Shown: piece by piece, positions 23,387 to 38,250 of the stretch
Numbering within the stretch: the stretch's first letter is position 1
How the letters are laid out: each line of letters starts with the position of its first letter
Assembly: GCF_037042905.1 (NCBI RefSeq)
Contig: NC_087251.1
Location: forward strand, 35,838,001-35,902,000
Reading direction: 5' to 3'
From: Lytechinus pictus
Taxonomy: Eukaryota
DNA: 64,000 bases
Made by a program: the position numbers and the translations under genes
The notes under the pieces: model-generated
Told to the model about the DNA's origin: nothing
The model's input: only the letters and a program-made list of their open reading frames with translations
Database searches by the model: none

Positions 23387-25878
23387 GCTGTTAATGCGGA
23401 GGAGAATGTAAATCATTCATATTTTAATTATTACATTTGTAAACTCCATGATTTAGCATTTGGCATGCAATATGTCGTCCATTTGAATAAATATATACTT
23501 TTTAATTTATTACGTCTAACCAAAACGTATTTGTAAAGTATAAGATGTAATACTATATCATTAAGAAGAAGAAGGAGGAGAAGAAGAAGAAATGAAGAAG
23601 ATTAAAAGGAAAGGGATATTAAGAGAATGAAAGATATAAGATCGGAGGGAAGAATGAAAAGAAGAAAAATTATACGATTAAATTATTTCATGTCACATTA
23701 TTCTTGTAGTGTTAAAGAACTTGTGAGTTCAGGAAAATCAACCAATTGCGGTGAAAATGTGAGAATTGAAAAAAAATAAACGAACGTATACTTTATCCCT
23801 CCCCTCTCCCCCCCCCCCCCCCCCCTAAAAAATGGCGACCTTCAGAGAGTTTTTAAGTGGGTCTTATACATCGTCAAAAACCGCCCGTGATAGCGGTATC
23901 TCAAACACACATGACTCACTCATACATGTTTAGCATAATGAAATGAAAAAAATGAAGTTTGTCTCCAGCCTCATTTACCAGTTTATTATCTTATTTTAGA
24001 GGAAGCTCTGAGAGCGAGCGTCAGATCGGCACACCGGGGAATGCAAGACGTGACAAAATTACGAGAAAATTATTGAACTATGTAAATACGATATACCGGG
24101 AGGGGCTGGGTCAATAGAGACGTTCATCTTGTAGAAGATTCACTATCTCCTTTTGTTTTCTTTTTCTTTCTGTCTGTCTTTCTTTCTTCCTCTCTAAGAT
24201 TCCATCTTTAGTTTAGGTTTATATTTGCAATGCGTGGAAAGGATATAATAACCTTATATATAGTGAATTAGTATGAAATAATCTGTTTACATTATTTAAC
24301 AATCTGTTTATATTATTCAAGCAACGGTCGAGACTTTTGGATTAAATCCCTTTTAATTTGTGTTCTTTTGATTACTTTAAATGGTTTGAAGCAGTGACGT
24401 TATGAGCCAAAAAATAGGGAGCAAGCCAGATATGAAGAAAAAGTGAAGCAAGTGATAAAAAAAACTTTGATCTGTTTTTTAAATCTAATTTTTGGATATA
24501 TTTTTACGTAATATCCAGAAAATACTAATATTTTATCCTGTATATACCTTTCCTTTTCTTTTTTTTTCTCGGTCCTGAAACTTGAGGGCATGGTCCCTCA
24601 AGCCCCCCCCCCCCTCCTCATTATTAGTTTGAAGAGTGCAATGTATGGTCAGGGGCGGTGCCATGATTTTTTTTTTCTCAATTTTATGATGATTGGGGTG
24701 TTTTAGTGTTATAGATCTCTCTTTTTACTTACTTCCCCCTATATTTCTTTCCCTCCCCTTTTCTTCCCTTTCTTCCACTGTTCACCCTTGAAATCTGAAA
24801 AATAATGGGGACGCCCCCCCCCCCCTCCCTTGTGACCACGCTCCTCGCTATGACACCAAAAACCCTTGAATTTTCTGACGAGACTGACGTTTCTACAGTA
24901 GTCCAAATTGTACCGAGAATCCTTCTCCCGTTTTCTCTTTCTTTTATTTCATTTTGTGTGGGGGAGGGGCTTAATTTATAAGAAAAAACCCTGAATATAT
25001 CCCTGTAAAAATCATATACCTCTCAAATTTGAACATACAGGCAGTCGACTCAGGTTCAATACCATGCACATGTAACTGCCTCCCCCCCCCCCCAAAAAAA
25101 AAAAAAAAAAAAAAAAATATCCAAGACCTGAATCAACAAACTAAAAGAAAAAAGGGAAAATGTAGGGTAAAATATGAAAAATAATTATGCATGTTTGAAT
25201 ATGTCGCAAATTTTATTTTCACTTTAACAGGTTTAGTTTTGGCCTCGATCGCTTTGCTCGTCTTTTTAGAATCTCCTTACCATACCATACGCCATGTTCT
25301 GCTTGTCTAATTAAGCCTCTAGTCTTATAAAGAGGGCTGTTGATATGCACTTGACAAGATAGAATTAGTGTTGTTTACTGACATTTTTCTCAATTTCATT
25401 GTCACACCGCTGGTGTGTAATCGCATCACTGAGTGTGACTATGGCAGTAATTTCTTAAATATGGGTACAAAGACATCCTATTTCCTCTTTTTGCCCCCCC
25501 CCCCCCTTCGAACATATCCTTTCATAAGTCTACTGATTTAGCAGAATGTTTAACAAAAAGTAATAAAACGGTAAAATAACAGTTGACAATTCCTGTTTAA
25601 CTTCAATCTTGTCGGGCAATATTTCCATTCATCCTTCGTTTGACAAACACACACACACCTTTATTCTTCCAAGCGCCATTTCCGGAAAACGTTGAAATGC
25701 TTGGCAACAGCTTCAAATAACGAACTTGTCGACCCGACTCTTTAAATAGATCTTATCAGTCTGTTTGCGTGTTATACATGAAGTGCTTACTTTGAAAGTT
25801 GATGAGGGAGAAAATGTGTTCTTTTATTTCCTCTATATTATTTAACCAAACGGTAGGTCTTGGGAACACTTGCATACA

Positions 25879-26151
25879 CAGTGGCGTATAATTAGCTAAA
25901 TATTTTGAGGGGCGGAGTAGAGACAAAATTAATGTGTGAAAATTATATTTTCCTTTTATTGGAAATGAAAATCTTGTATTTTGTCATAGATTTTGACGTA
26001 ATATTCAGAAATTAATATAATAGTTTCCATTTTTTGTTCCCATTTCCATATTTTTGTCTTCCTTGGTGTGTTTGGATCTTGATCCTGGAAGTTTGGGTCA
26101 GTAGTCAAGCGCCCCAAGCACCCCACCCACCCCGCCATGTATACGCCAGTG
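25879..26151. mobile_element. hAT-like MITE
   Basis: TIR cagtggcgtata...tatacgccagtg. Confidence 0.55.
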
Positions 26152-27426
26152 CTTCTACACAGAGGGTATATGCATTGATGGTGAGATTTGAAACGTATTA
26201 TTGGTATGGTTTATAATCATGATTCTAAGACCTATGAAGATCATTATTATGTTAAATTTCAGTTATCGTATATAGTGTATAACATGACATCCCCCTCCTC
26301 AAGATTTGTGAGATTTATAATCCACAATAATGTATAAAATAAGAAAGTAATAGTTTGATTGAAAGAAGTGTTTTTTATGATAACATAATTTCTTTGGATA
26401 TTGATAGCGCAGGAACCTGATTTTCCATAGATTTGACATGTAGTATGGTGTACTTCACTGCTGTAGAAATCTGTATAAAACAAAGAAAATAGAATATTAC
26501 AGATATTTGCAAAGAATCTATGCTAAGAAATATAATCATATTTTAAGTAAGAATTAAATTCCTCTCTAGAATCAGAAATGGAGGTGTATAATAAATTTTA
26601 CTCAAAAAATGAACAACAATGCCGTTTTGTTGCTCTAGTTATGAATTTCAAACATGAATACTAACCTATTTAGTTACCCCCCCCCCACTCTATTGTCGAC
26701 ACACCGTTTCTTTGTCTTTTTTTTCGATCGTTACTATTGCCCTAAAAATTATAGTTTTTCTTCACCTCCAATGCTTTGCACCTTGCCACAAACATAATAC
26801 AAACTCATCAACAAAAAAACCTGTATAGGTGTAAAATTGGCCCTCGTTGGCCGGTCCCTCAACTTGTTTTAATATTGAACTTTTTCCCCCGCCCCCATTA
26901 GCACACGACAATCATGTATGATAATATTTCAATTCTACGATGGTCCTGATACCATACGCCATTCACCATTATCTCCTCAATATCGCACCGTTAGTTCTAT
27001 TCATTTCAAATAAATGAATAAAGTCCACATTGCTTCATAAGGTCATCAAAGCATAATGCGTTTTTTGTATGAAATGATACAGACTAACCTTGACTGGACG
27101 CACTCGATCAAAAAATGATGTAGTGATTAAATTATGCAAGACACAATGACATAGACATTTGGGGACCACAAAATCATATCAAGTATAAAGGGCAATACAT
27201 CGTTTATTTAGAGGCGAATGTAAGTTTATCGGACTGTATCCATGGTAACATGAATAAACATCTTCGAATATTTGTATATCTCAAATCTTTTAATATGTAA
27301 AACCATGCCCCTATATTATTTTAGAATTGCATTGGCCCGATACCTCATTGTAAAGTCATGTTCCGTATAAGTGAGCGTTTTTGTTTGCTCGACAACTGAC
27401 CCGTCCCTCCCTCTCTCTCCCCCTCC

Positions 27427-27461
<35 letters not shown>

Positions 27462-28003
27462 ACTTCCATTTTCTCTCTCACACTCTCTTTTTAATTTCAC
27501 TTCTCCACCTTCACACTCCTCTCTTTTCCTTCCCCTTCCCTACCAATACCCCCCCCCCCCCCCTCTACCGCCATCTTTCATTGCCAGTCCTATATATTCC
27601 CCCTTTCTCAACAAACCTTCGTCTTCTCTTTCCGGCTCCAAATCCCCTTCATTGATCTCCCCCCCTCCCCCTTTCTCCTTTATTTTCTAATTCCAAAATG
27701 AAATTACTCTATTGAATTCTGTTACCAACTGAAGAAGGCCTATATACCTATGTATAAAAACAAAAAAAAGGAGGAAACGATTGAACAGAGTAGTAAAGGG
27801 CTGAGTAGTCACGGTATTTTCAACTTAAAAAAAAATGATGTCACCGCTCAGCCCCCTTAAGGATGGATTACTCCTTTACATTTTCTTAAAACAATTTTTT
27901 CAGAGTCTATAGATAATGATAGATAAATAGTCAATAGAAAATTACGAAGAGATTCCCCAAAGTCAACTCCAACGTTTAGGTTGTGGCTTGCCAATGATAT
28001 AGG

Positions 28004-28206
28004 CAGTAGCGTACGCATGATTTTTGAAGGGGGGGGGGGGTTATCGTGCTGAATGAAAAGTTGACAAGCTAAAAAGAAAAAGAAAAAAAAGGTCTTCACC
28101 AAAACCAGTAGGTCATTTCGTACCCCCCCCCAAAAAAAAAAGGTATCAAAATAATTGAAGGAGGGTTGGAACCCCCTCTACCCCCCCCCCCCTGCATACG
28201 CTACTT
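28004..28206. mobile_element. hAT-like poly-G/poly-C MITE (related copy at ~47336-47545)
   Basis: cagtagcgtacgca...tgcatacgctactt; near-perfect 8-bp TSD gatatagg / catatagg. Confidence 0.75.
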
Positions 28207-31200
28207 CATATAGGCGAAATCTCTCAGACTCCCAAATCTTATCTCAACTATGATAAAGATCGATTTAAAAAAAATAGTTTTTTTTTTTATATATGAATAA
28301 AGTAACATCTCCTTTTCAATTTGTATGATTGTGTTTCCGTATATACAGTGGAAAAGATAAGATCAAATACAATTTCGCATGAATGAATTACAAGTATTTA
28401 TGACCATAAACCGCACATGGAATGAAAATCGGAAATAAACAATTTTATTGAATCTCAAAGTGCAATTTATTTCACCAGGCAGTGCCTCAATAAAATGCTT
28501 CATGCAGCAGTTCTAGCACGTCATACAATGAACAATTTGGTATACAAGAAGTATACAAATGATAGGGACCACAAAGTGATAAGATCGCTTTAAACGGTTT
28601 CAAATCAAACTTCAAAATCAGATTTAAAGAAATAATAATAATCATATAATGAGGCCCAAATGAGCAGAAAATCCAGAAAGAATTCAGACTCCTCTACCCG
28701 ATATGGATTGGTGTAGACCCTATACAGGCTGTATAATTTTTTTTTTTCATTTGGAAGCCCCCTAGTTATGGCCGCCATGAAATTCTAAATTCGGATTCAT
28801 ATCAATGATTACAGAGAAGTCATCTATTTAGTGAACCCTCTCGTTGTTTTAATCATGATGAGTGATCCTTATCTTATTATTTTGATTGTCAGTGATGAAA
28901 AAAGTGCATTTCATAATATATAGCAGCATAATTTTGCTAATCAAGAAATTAAAGATGTTGAAAATTTATTTTCAGAAAAAGCAAGCCTCCTCAAAGGGAT
29001 CTTTCACCGCCCATTCTTTTATCATTCTTTACTTTTCTTTTCGATACTGTTCAAATTTATTTTCACTGAACCGACAAGTAAATTTACTTGCATAGCATTA
29101 TCATTATAGGCAAAATATAGTTTGCATGGTGTGCGGCGGGGTGGACGGCTTTGAAACCCCGTGCGAGCGAAGCGAGCGAGCAACAATTTTGTTCTGTTTT
29201 TTTAAGAATGAAAATCTATTTTTTTAAAATAAATTTTGACATAATATTCATTAAATGATATGTCTTATACCCCTTTTCCATTCACTATTTTATTGATGTT
29301 TCCTCGTCTTTCTTATTAGTGGAAAATCACTTACTCATCTGTATGCCAGTGCTGCATAGTAAATCTTCCAATAATTTCAGAAGGATTAAGGAGTATTTTT
29401 CACTTGTTTTCTTTATTACACCCTCCACCCCCCCCCCTCTTCTCTCTCTCTCTACTTATATATTTTAATAAGGAAAGAATCAATATTCCTCTTGACTCCA
29501 AGAGCTCAGTTCAAAGCCATTTTCTCTATATCCTTCTATATACAATCAGTTTATCCACTCGCCTGTCTTCCCCATGTCAAATTACCGGAACGTGAAACGG
29601 TCCTAGTGTAATGGAGCAGATAGTAAACGAAGATAAATAATAAATTGCAATTTCAATACAATATTAATTTTCTTCCTGTCCCCGCGGAGATTTGCCGTGC
29701 GTTTATATTTTTTGAGGATACGGTGCAATAAAAGAAGCGCGCAAGGGAAAATTAAGTTTCCCTCGTTCTCTTGCATCCGGCGTTGTCTCCGCGGCGCGGA
29801 GGGGCTATATAAAACTTTGACTTGGATGAAGATAGAGTTTGGTTTCCATGGTGATTGAGCTGGTTAATAAACGCCACGTTTGGCAACGGTATATGAAGAT
29901 AAAGCAGGAGTGGGATGGCAGGCTGAAGCGAAGTAAATTGTAGTCGAGGGTGCTTGATGGGACAGCAAGGACCGTTGATGTCCAAAGACCCGGAGATCTA
30001 ACGTTAATGCAGTGAGGTTGATGAAACAGCTGCCTATATTCTCCGATGAACTTTTGAAGACACGACCTTTATATCCGGTGGGGTCCATCAGAAATATAAC
30101 TCTTTACAAGCCTATTCATTTATTTTCTATCTACAATCAATGTGATATGTAGTTTATATCTATATTTTTCCGTTGTGATAACTTTAACAGGATTCATTTT
30201 CATGTTATTTATGTAAAAATATTTGTTTATGTTACTAAGCATTGCCAAGATAATGACTCAGAATTTGATTTTATTACATGTATGATGTTGATGTAATCGT
30301 AATTCTGTTTTCATGCAGGTCATTCATGAAAAACAGCTTTTTGCTGATTTTTGCACCTGTATAGATACATTCTAATAAATAAATAAATGAATGAATTAAT
30401 ATATAAATAAATAAATAAATATTGTCTTTTTGGATTTTGATGTTTTTTTTTTTATTAACGAATTTTGAAATGTGCCTAATATAGGCCTTCATCAACTTTT
30501 GTAAACGTTTGCATTTTCTGATCTTATCATGATTGTAGTGCGGGGTTTGGAGCTATAGGGGGGTATTAATTATGAATTGTTGAATTGTAAATCTCCAGTA
30601 TGCTTCCTTATAGTAAGCACATCAGCTTAGCCAAGTTTCTCTCTATAATAATTAAGACATGTTGCCAATCGTTTCTAAAATACAACTTTTAATACAGTAT
30701 ATAGGCTAAAGAAGGTGACTACATGTATACATCTGTCATATTCTAAAAATCACACTTTTTAGCATGAGATGGCCTCAAAATTTTTGCATTTTGAGGTAAA
30801 AGGTTCTAACAGCCCAGCGACGGTTTGTATTTTTTCATGTTATATCTGGCAAAGAAAATAAATCAATCAATGTGTGTGTGTTTGAGTTTTTACAGACGTA
30901 TTTAAATCATATAAGATTATAAGATCGACCTTAAACATCATCATCCGAAGGATGTGAGATAAAGACTTGTTCCGAAAAGAAAAAAATACATAAACACAAA
31001 CAAAATAAATATTGCGCTTTTCCCCAAGACCGTTCGCTTCCCATCTTCTTGTGCCTAAAATGCCCGATATCATCGAATCGGTCCAACTAGATACGTGATA
31101 GAGCCAAGGAAATCGTAATTACATACCGGTAAATAATAATGAGAAGATAAACAGATGATACTTGCACTGTCTTAGAGTAGAAATTGACAGCATGGTCAAT

Positions 31201-32794
31201 GGTAATAATTATCTTTGTTGCACACAAGGAGAGGTTCATTAAAGTTATACCCAAAGTTGAAGAAAAATAATCGATTTCTACAAAATGGTCTACAGATGGT
31301 CTCAGAGTTGATAGCAATGGCAACAACATGTCAAGAAATAAATATAAATAAATAAAAGAATTCCCATTAATTTTCCTCCATAGATACGAAGAAAAAATAG
31401 GAGCAGGGCTTGAAATCACAGCTCTGACAATGTCTAATTAATTCAATTGTGAGTTAAATCTGCCCCCTCCCCCACACACACACCGCCTACAGTGTAACTA
31501 AAAGTCTGCCAAATATAGTTCAGAATAGGATTTACGACCTTTGTTCATCATACCATTCTCTATCGTTCAACAGAGAACGATTGACAAAAATGCGAGCTTC
31601 TTCTTGTCTAATGGAGATAACAGTAAGGAGAATCGTATTCATGATCCGCGGTGATTAAAATGGGCAATCAATGGATCGGCCCCCTACGTGGGTCCTACTA
31701 ACCACTCTCTATGTAAGCGAAAAGGGTGAACATGAGACGGGGGTCTCTAAATTGGGGGCCCCGTGGATATCCCGTAACAATGAAGGCACGCGACGTGGTG
31801 CAGCAGCTGCCAGTACAAGCAATAGGCGCGTGCCATACGCCTGTCAACTCAAAAAGGGGCATAACAATAGTAAATAACGATTGGTTTTCATGGAATCGTT
31901 TGTTGCTTTTATTTTCCTCTTTTGGATTAGCTACCTCGTGGAGAGTCCAGATGGGATATAATCGATAGATAACGATAACTGATTTCATTCAGGTATTGTA
32001 GGCTATAGCCCTATACGCATACGAGAAGTAAACCCGATCTATTAACGCAGTCATTAGCAGGAGACAAAAAAATCATTTTATTTTCCCTCCAATTTTCACT
32101 CCCAACTACCCAACTGCACACCTTCCATTACCCATATATGTATGGCAAGGGTTTGTAATGTATACATTTTTAGAATCAACCTCCATGATGTCGTATTTTC
32201 AGATGGATATGTAGGCCCTACATGTATATTATATATGGAGAAAAGCTATTGGTAGATGGTCATGAAATTCAAATCAGTATTTCGGATGTGTATTCGTTGA
32301 GTACATAATACTACCAGTGTGCTGTAACTCAGAAAAAAATGCCTGTCATGGTATATACATGGAGCTAAACAGCTCCATGGTATATAATTATGTATATTTT
32401 ATTTTTATTCATTTTTTTTTACATTTCTTTATATATTTTTTTAATGCATTTAGAAAACAACATTTTTAGGATAATTATTTGGTGATAATGATAACAATAA
32501 TGATCATGACAGTGATGATTATGATCATGATAATAATGAAAATAATGATCATGATAATAATGAAAATGATGTTCGATGATGGTGAAGATAATGACGACGA
32601 TGGTGCTCTGATTGTGCGAGTGATGTTGTTGATAATGTTTTATTTCTGTATGTAAAATAACACATACAAAATAGATAGAATAAATAATAAGAGAAAGAAA
32701 TTGTAAAGATAAAAAAGTAAAACATACGGCTAGTAATCAATATTCAGCTGCAATATTAAATTGCTATACTGGTTTTCTTACTTGAATAATAATT

Positions 32795-33372
32795 ACATGA
32801 TGATGATGATGGTGGAAATGTTGTTGATGATTATTATTTTGATGATGATGATTTTGATGTTTATGGTAATGATGAAGATGGTTGTGATAATGATGATGAT
32901 GATGATAATGATAATGATGATGATGATGAAGGTGGTTGTGATGATGATGATGATGATGATGATGAAGGTGGTTGTGATGATGATGATGATGATGATGATG
33001 ATAATGATGATAATGAAGGTGGTTGTGATGATGATGATGATGAAGATGGTTGTGATGATGATGAAGATGGTTGTGATAATGATGATGATGATAATGATGA
33101 TGATGATGATGATGATAATGATGATGATGATGATGATGATAATGATGATGATGATGAGATGATAATGATGATGATAATGATGATGAAGATGGTTGTGATA
33201 ATGATGATGATGATGATGATGAAGGTGGTTTTGATGATGATGATGATGATAATGATGATGATAATGATGATGATGATGATGATGATAATGATGATGATAA
33301 TGATAATGATGATGAAGATGGTTGTGATAATGATGATGATGATGAGGATGAGGATGAAGGTGGTTGTGATGT
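32795..33372. repeat. (GAT)n microsatellite with higher-order gaaggtggttgt units
   Basis: direct reading; source of the poly-M/H/S/I ORFs. Confidence 0.95.
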
Positions 33373-34643
33373 AATGATTAACGAGCACATAATGCTTTGG
33401 TGAATAACGGGGGAATTATAAAGGAACTTGCGTAGTCTATAGCTCTGTTGATACTCTATAGGCCCCCATTGGTATGCATATACAATCATCTTTATCGTGA
33501 AAGATGTATGCGGGCTTTTCTTTGTCTTCAAATTTCATTTCATTCTTTTATCTCGTCACGTAGCTGTTAAAGATTATGGCAAGAAAACGAGATGAAGAGA
33601 GGGGGAAACACTCGCAAAACACCGAGTTAAAGATTACCGCCAAGTGCAAGCCACGCATCCTGCAGATTTATGTATACAGTTGCCATGGTTAAGTGTCATC
33701 GTAACCATAGAAACGCAACGAAGCGGGCACTGCTGCTCCTTAGTTTTCGCGCCTAACAATACCGCCTGCGATGGTGTTCGGAACAGTAGATTAAAAGACG
33801 CAGAAAATGGGGACCATTCAGTCTGCATTTCGATTCAATAAACTGATCTCTAAATTCAGCCCATTTAAATGCTTTATCTAAAATAAACTTCAAAATCTAG
33901 TATGTACATTAAATATTTTAATGAGAAAACAAGTAATGTTTCTTCATAAAAACACCACCAAACATTAAGAAACAGTATACAGTCTTTCAAATTTAATAAT
34001 AAACGATTTACCTTATTTAGTGAACGAAAGGGTATTAATGAAAGACTAGGTCATCTGAGTAATTAAAATGGACACAACTATCGTTCACATTATGGCATTG
34101 TGTACAAAGAGAAGGAAACACTGGTATACCGTAGGAAATCTACTGCGTTACACATCAGATAATTACCACACTTGTATTTCTTTTGTCCTATGATGAGAGA
34201 ACGAGAGAGAAATCTCGACGATCAATAATATTGGCAAGCCGTGGAATTCTGTTAAGGCATGCGTGATTTTTCCTCCATTTCCCACACACATTACAAGTAA
34301 TATTTGATGAAGTTCTCTTAAAGCGTTTAGGAACTTTAGGATAAGCACATTTCCTTGCATAATGGAAGAGCAAAGTGATGAATTGTTAATGAACTGTTTT
34401 ACTTTGTGAATATTTCTTCATAAGTACGAGTTTTATTATATAATTTGAACAGTAATTTTTCAGGCATTTGATTAAATCTACTCCGTGTAGTTGTGGGTAT
34501 ATAATGCTTATATCTTCGTTAGATGTAGAGTAAGTGAAGAGTTTTATTGTCCAATCTTCTAGTCGCATTATTTCCCTTCCTCTGGTGCATTTTCCATATC
34601 TATATGTGATCTTTATGCACATTCTCTTTTTTCATTCTCCTTA

Positions 34644-34670
34644 TACTACTACAACAACAACTACTACTAT

Positions 34671-34724
<54 letters not shown>

Positions 34725-34756
34725 CAATAATAATAATAATAATGATAATAATACTA

Positions 34757-34801
<45 letters not shown>

Positions 34802-34917
34802 TACTACTACTGCTACTACTACTACTGCTACTACTACTACTTCTACTACTACTACTACTAATACTAATACTACTACTAATACTAGCACTATTAATAATAC
34901 TACTATTACTACTACTA

Positions 34918-34977
<60 letters not shown>

Positions 34978-35083
34978 TTCTACTTCTACTACTACTTCTA
35001 CTTCTACTTCTACTTCTACTTCTACTTCTACTTCTACTTCTACTCCTACTATACTACTACTACTACTACTTCTTCTAATTCTG

Positions 35084-35123
<40 letters not shown>

Positions 35124-35165
35124 TATTATACTGCCATTACTACTAGTAGTACTACTACTACCGTA
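34644..35165. repeat. (TAC)n/(TACTTC)n microsatellite
   Basis: direct reading. Confidence 0.95.
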
Positions 35166-38100
35166 CTATAATTTTTTTTTCTTATTATCATTAAGTCATG
35201 TAGGCCTGTCTATCTTATTGTTGTCTATACCCATATTCTTTTGTTTTGTTTGTTTTATCCCTTTTTTCTTTTTTCGTTCTCTTTTTCTTTTCTTCTTTTT
35301 CCTACTGAAAGGGGGGTCGCAATATCGATATCCGTTTCCCCTTAACGAATATGCAAAATACAAATACAAAAAAGACTAAGTTGTTAAAATTTCACGATTT
35401 AATTCAAAATAATTCTTATCTTGGTTTATGCAGACATAGCATGTGTACATCATTAGGTTTTGTCTAAAAGCTTGTTTAAATACACTGAAAGCCATTTACG
35501 TTGAATATTGATGTCCATTTGGTAGAATAGTATACATTTATATGTCGAGAAGAAGTATGGCGTTAAACAGATAAATCTGTACACACGATGTAACACAATG
35601 ACTATTCTAAAAGTTGTATAGTATATTGATTTCCATAAAAAGCAGATTTAAATCGACAGACATGCGCCGAGTGCGTCACATCATCAAAATGGATCCATGA
35701 TTGCCAAGCCCGCGTCTCATCTATATCGTCAAGTCTATAGTGTGTTGATCGACAACATCTCTGTCTTATATTCATCTTGACATTTAAGTGCAAGAAGGGC
35801 TCAGGTTGAAATCGTGTCAACATCAAGGTATTTGATGTGAACGAGAGGTAGACATATTGGAATTACTTTTCTCAACCCGCGGGATATTATTATAAGCATC
35901 ATCTCAATGGCTATTTCCAGGTTACAAAGACGCATGTTACTGTCGGTAGGTATACCTTTTGCGTATAAAGACTTATTTTTTTCGGAAACTACTGCGTTTT
36001 TGTTTTTTTGTTTTTGCTGTTTTTGTTATGTTTTGTTTTTGCTGTTCTTGTTATGCTTTGTTTAATATACGATGGATGGTTTGAAAATCATTACATCATA
36101 TTACCACGTAATTTCGGGGTGGCGCAGCAGTGTTTTGTTTGGTGCAAGATGATAATGATTTTCCAAAGGGGGGGGGGCGCATTTTTCAGAGGTAAAATTT
36201 GACAAGAAAAAATAAGATTTTTAACCAAAAATTCAGCAGATTTCGTCCCAGAAAAAAAAATAACGAGCAAAAAAACAAAAAAGGTCTTCACTTTCAGGGG
36301 GGCTACACTTCTGTTTCAACGGCATTTTTACAATACAAATTTTAATTTTGCTTCTCGAAAGGGGGCACGGGCCGGCTGCGCCCCCCTCCCCTGGATCCAC
36401 CAGTGGATAAGATGTAGGTGACGAGGATAAGTTGGTGGTGATGATCATGCTGCTGGTGGTGGTGATGGTGACGATGATGGTGCGGATGACGATGATGGTG
36501 CGGATGATGATGATGATGATGATAATGATGATGATGATAGCGATTGTAATAATGATGAAAATGATGTTAAAGAATGGGGTGGTGATTATGATGAACTTGA
36601 ACATCAATTAACAAATTTCAACGAATACCCTTTAAAGATGACATATGGAACATGGGGACAAAAATGAAGTAAAAAATAATAACGTAAAAGCAAGATAAAT
36701 AAGATGTTTACAAAATTAACGAGAAAGTGTACATATTTTTTTAATACAAAGAAGTAATGGGGAGTAAAGCAGAGTAAAAGAGACAAGCTCTCTAAATGCC
36801 ACCGGATCATTATCCCTAAAGTGTTTTCGGTAGTTAGGTGTCACATCTTGTTGCTAAGCTAGTCACCAGAAGTATAATCATTGGGATTGATTGTGATGGA
36901 GACAGAGAGAAAAGAAGGGTTATGCATTTTAGAGAAGCAAAGTTCCAGACAATAAAAGGCTCTCGTGTCGTATAGAAATACATGGCATAAGACATTGTTT
37001 TATGCAGGCGTCAAAATAATTATTGCTATATTTATTATCTCATTTTCTTTCATTCTGTCGTTTTTGTTTTGTCAATATTCCTCAACATTTTAAGTTTTAA
37101 GTTGAGGTGTGGGGATCTGTATACATTTCATCCGGTGAGAAAGATTATTATTAATATCATTATATATTATTTTTCTCACCCTATTATTCAACCCCCCCCC
37201 CCCATTTCCCCACGAATAAATTCGTCATTGTTTTAGAAACAGTCCTACACATGCCCCCGGTCCCCCTCTCAGATTCAGCTCTTGATGCATTGGTGTTCCA
37301 TCAGCGTGGACCGGGGCGGCGCCATAGGGGGCAGGGCGGTTATCCTGTAATCTTTAAATAGTGAAACAAAACTAAGAGGAGAAAGAATAAAAGATGAAGA
37401 AAAAGGGAAATAATAAGAGCATGAAAAGAGAAGTTTTTGTTGTTTAACTCTATACTGTACCCCTGTTAAAATTATTCGTCTTGCCCCCCCCCCCCCCTCC
37501 CCCCGCCCGCTGCCATGAAAATATCATTTCGCTGCCCCTGGTTAAGAATAAACTTATGTCTTTTCATTCTAAACTTCAAGAACCATTATCAACCAATGAT
37601 AAGCGTAAGGAATTTATACACTTTGAAATCTGGAGTGCTAAAGAGGACCACACTCTTTAAGGTGTTAAAACTACACCATAGATATTAAACTTAACACCAA
37701 AGAGTGCACAAGTAACAACCATTGGTGCTGTAATAACACTCTTAGGTGTAGAATTCGACTAACGCCGGAGTAAAATGAATGTCGTTGTCGTCTATATACA
37801 CCGGTTAATACCACATATTTTGATTGTACAAACGCTCTTCCTCCCTTTCTTTTGAAGGGGGGGGGGGGTAGCAATCAACCCCCATGTATTATTAAGTACA
37901 TACTGGTGAAACCAATTATTGATTGGTTGAGCCGATGTTTTCCCACCCCAGGGTCGAAATATTCATTGATTTGACACTGTACAGAGGGCGAATATGTTAT
38001 AGAGTGCGAGGCATATGCGATCACATTTGGTATTAATGCACAAAAAAGCGACACCATTTTCACCAAATTCAAGCCCGGATATATATGTTATACTCTCATG

Positions 38101-38250
38101 ATTATTTAAACCAAAATATTATGTCATGACTATTCATCCCGTTTCACATTAAATATGTCGCTCCGACTCGCTCGATTATTTATGTTTTTTCCCAAATGGA
38201 GCAAGCTATTATATGCTCCTAGCTTTATGTTACTCATACATATATGTTAT

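Noticed and set aside
32764..33531. 255-aa His/Ser-rich ORF and overlapping Met/Ile-rich ORFs
   Set aside because: Entirely explained by the (GAT)n microsatellite; non-ATG or repeat-internal starts, no splice context
34534..35379. 281-aa ORF with poly-T/L/Y
   Set aside because: Translation of a (TAC)n microsatellite
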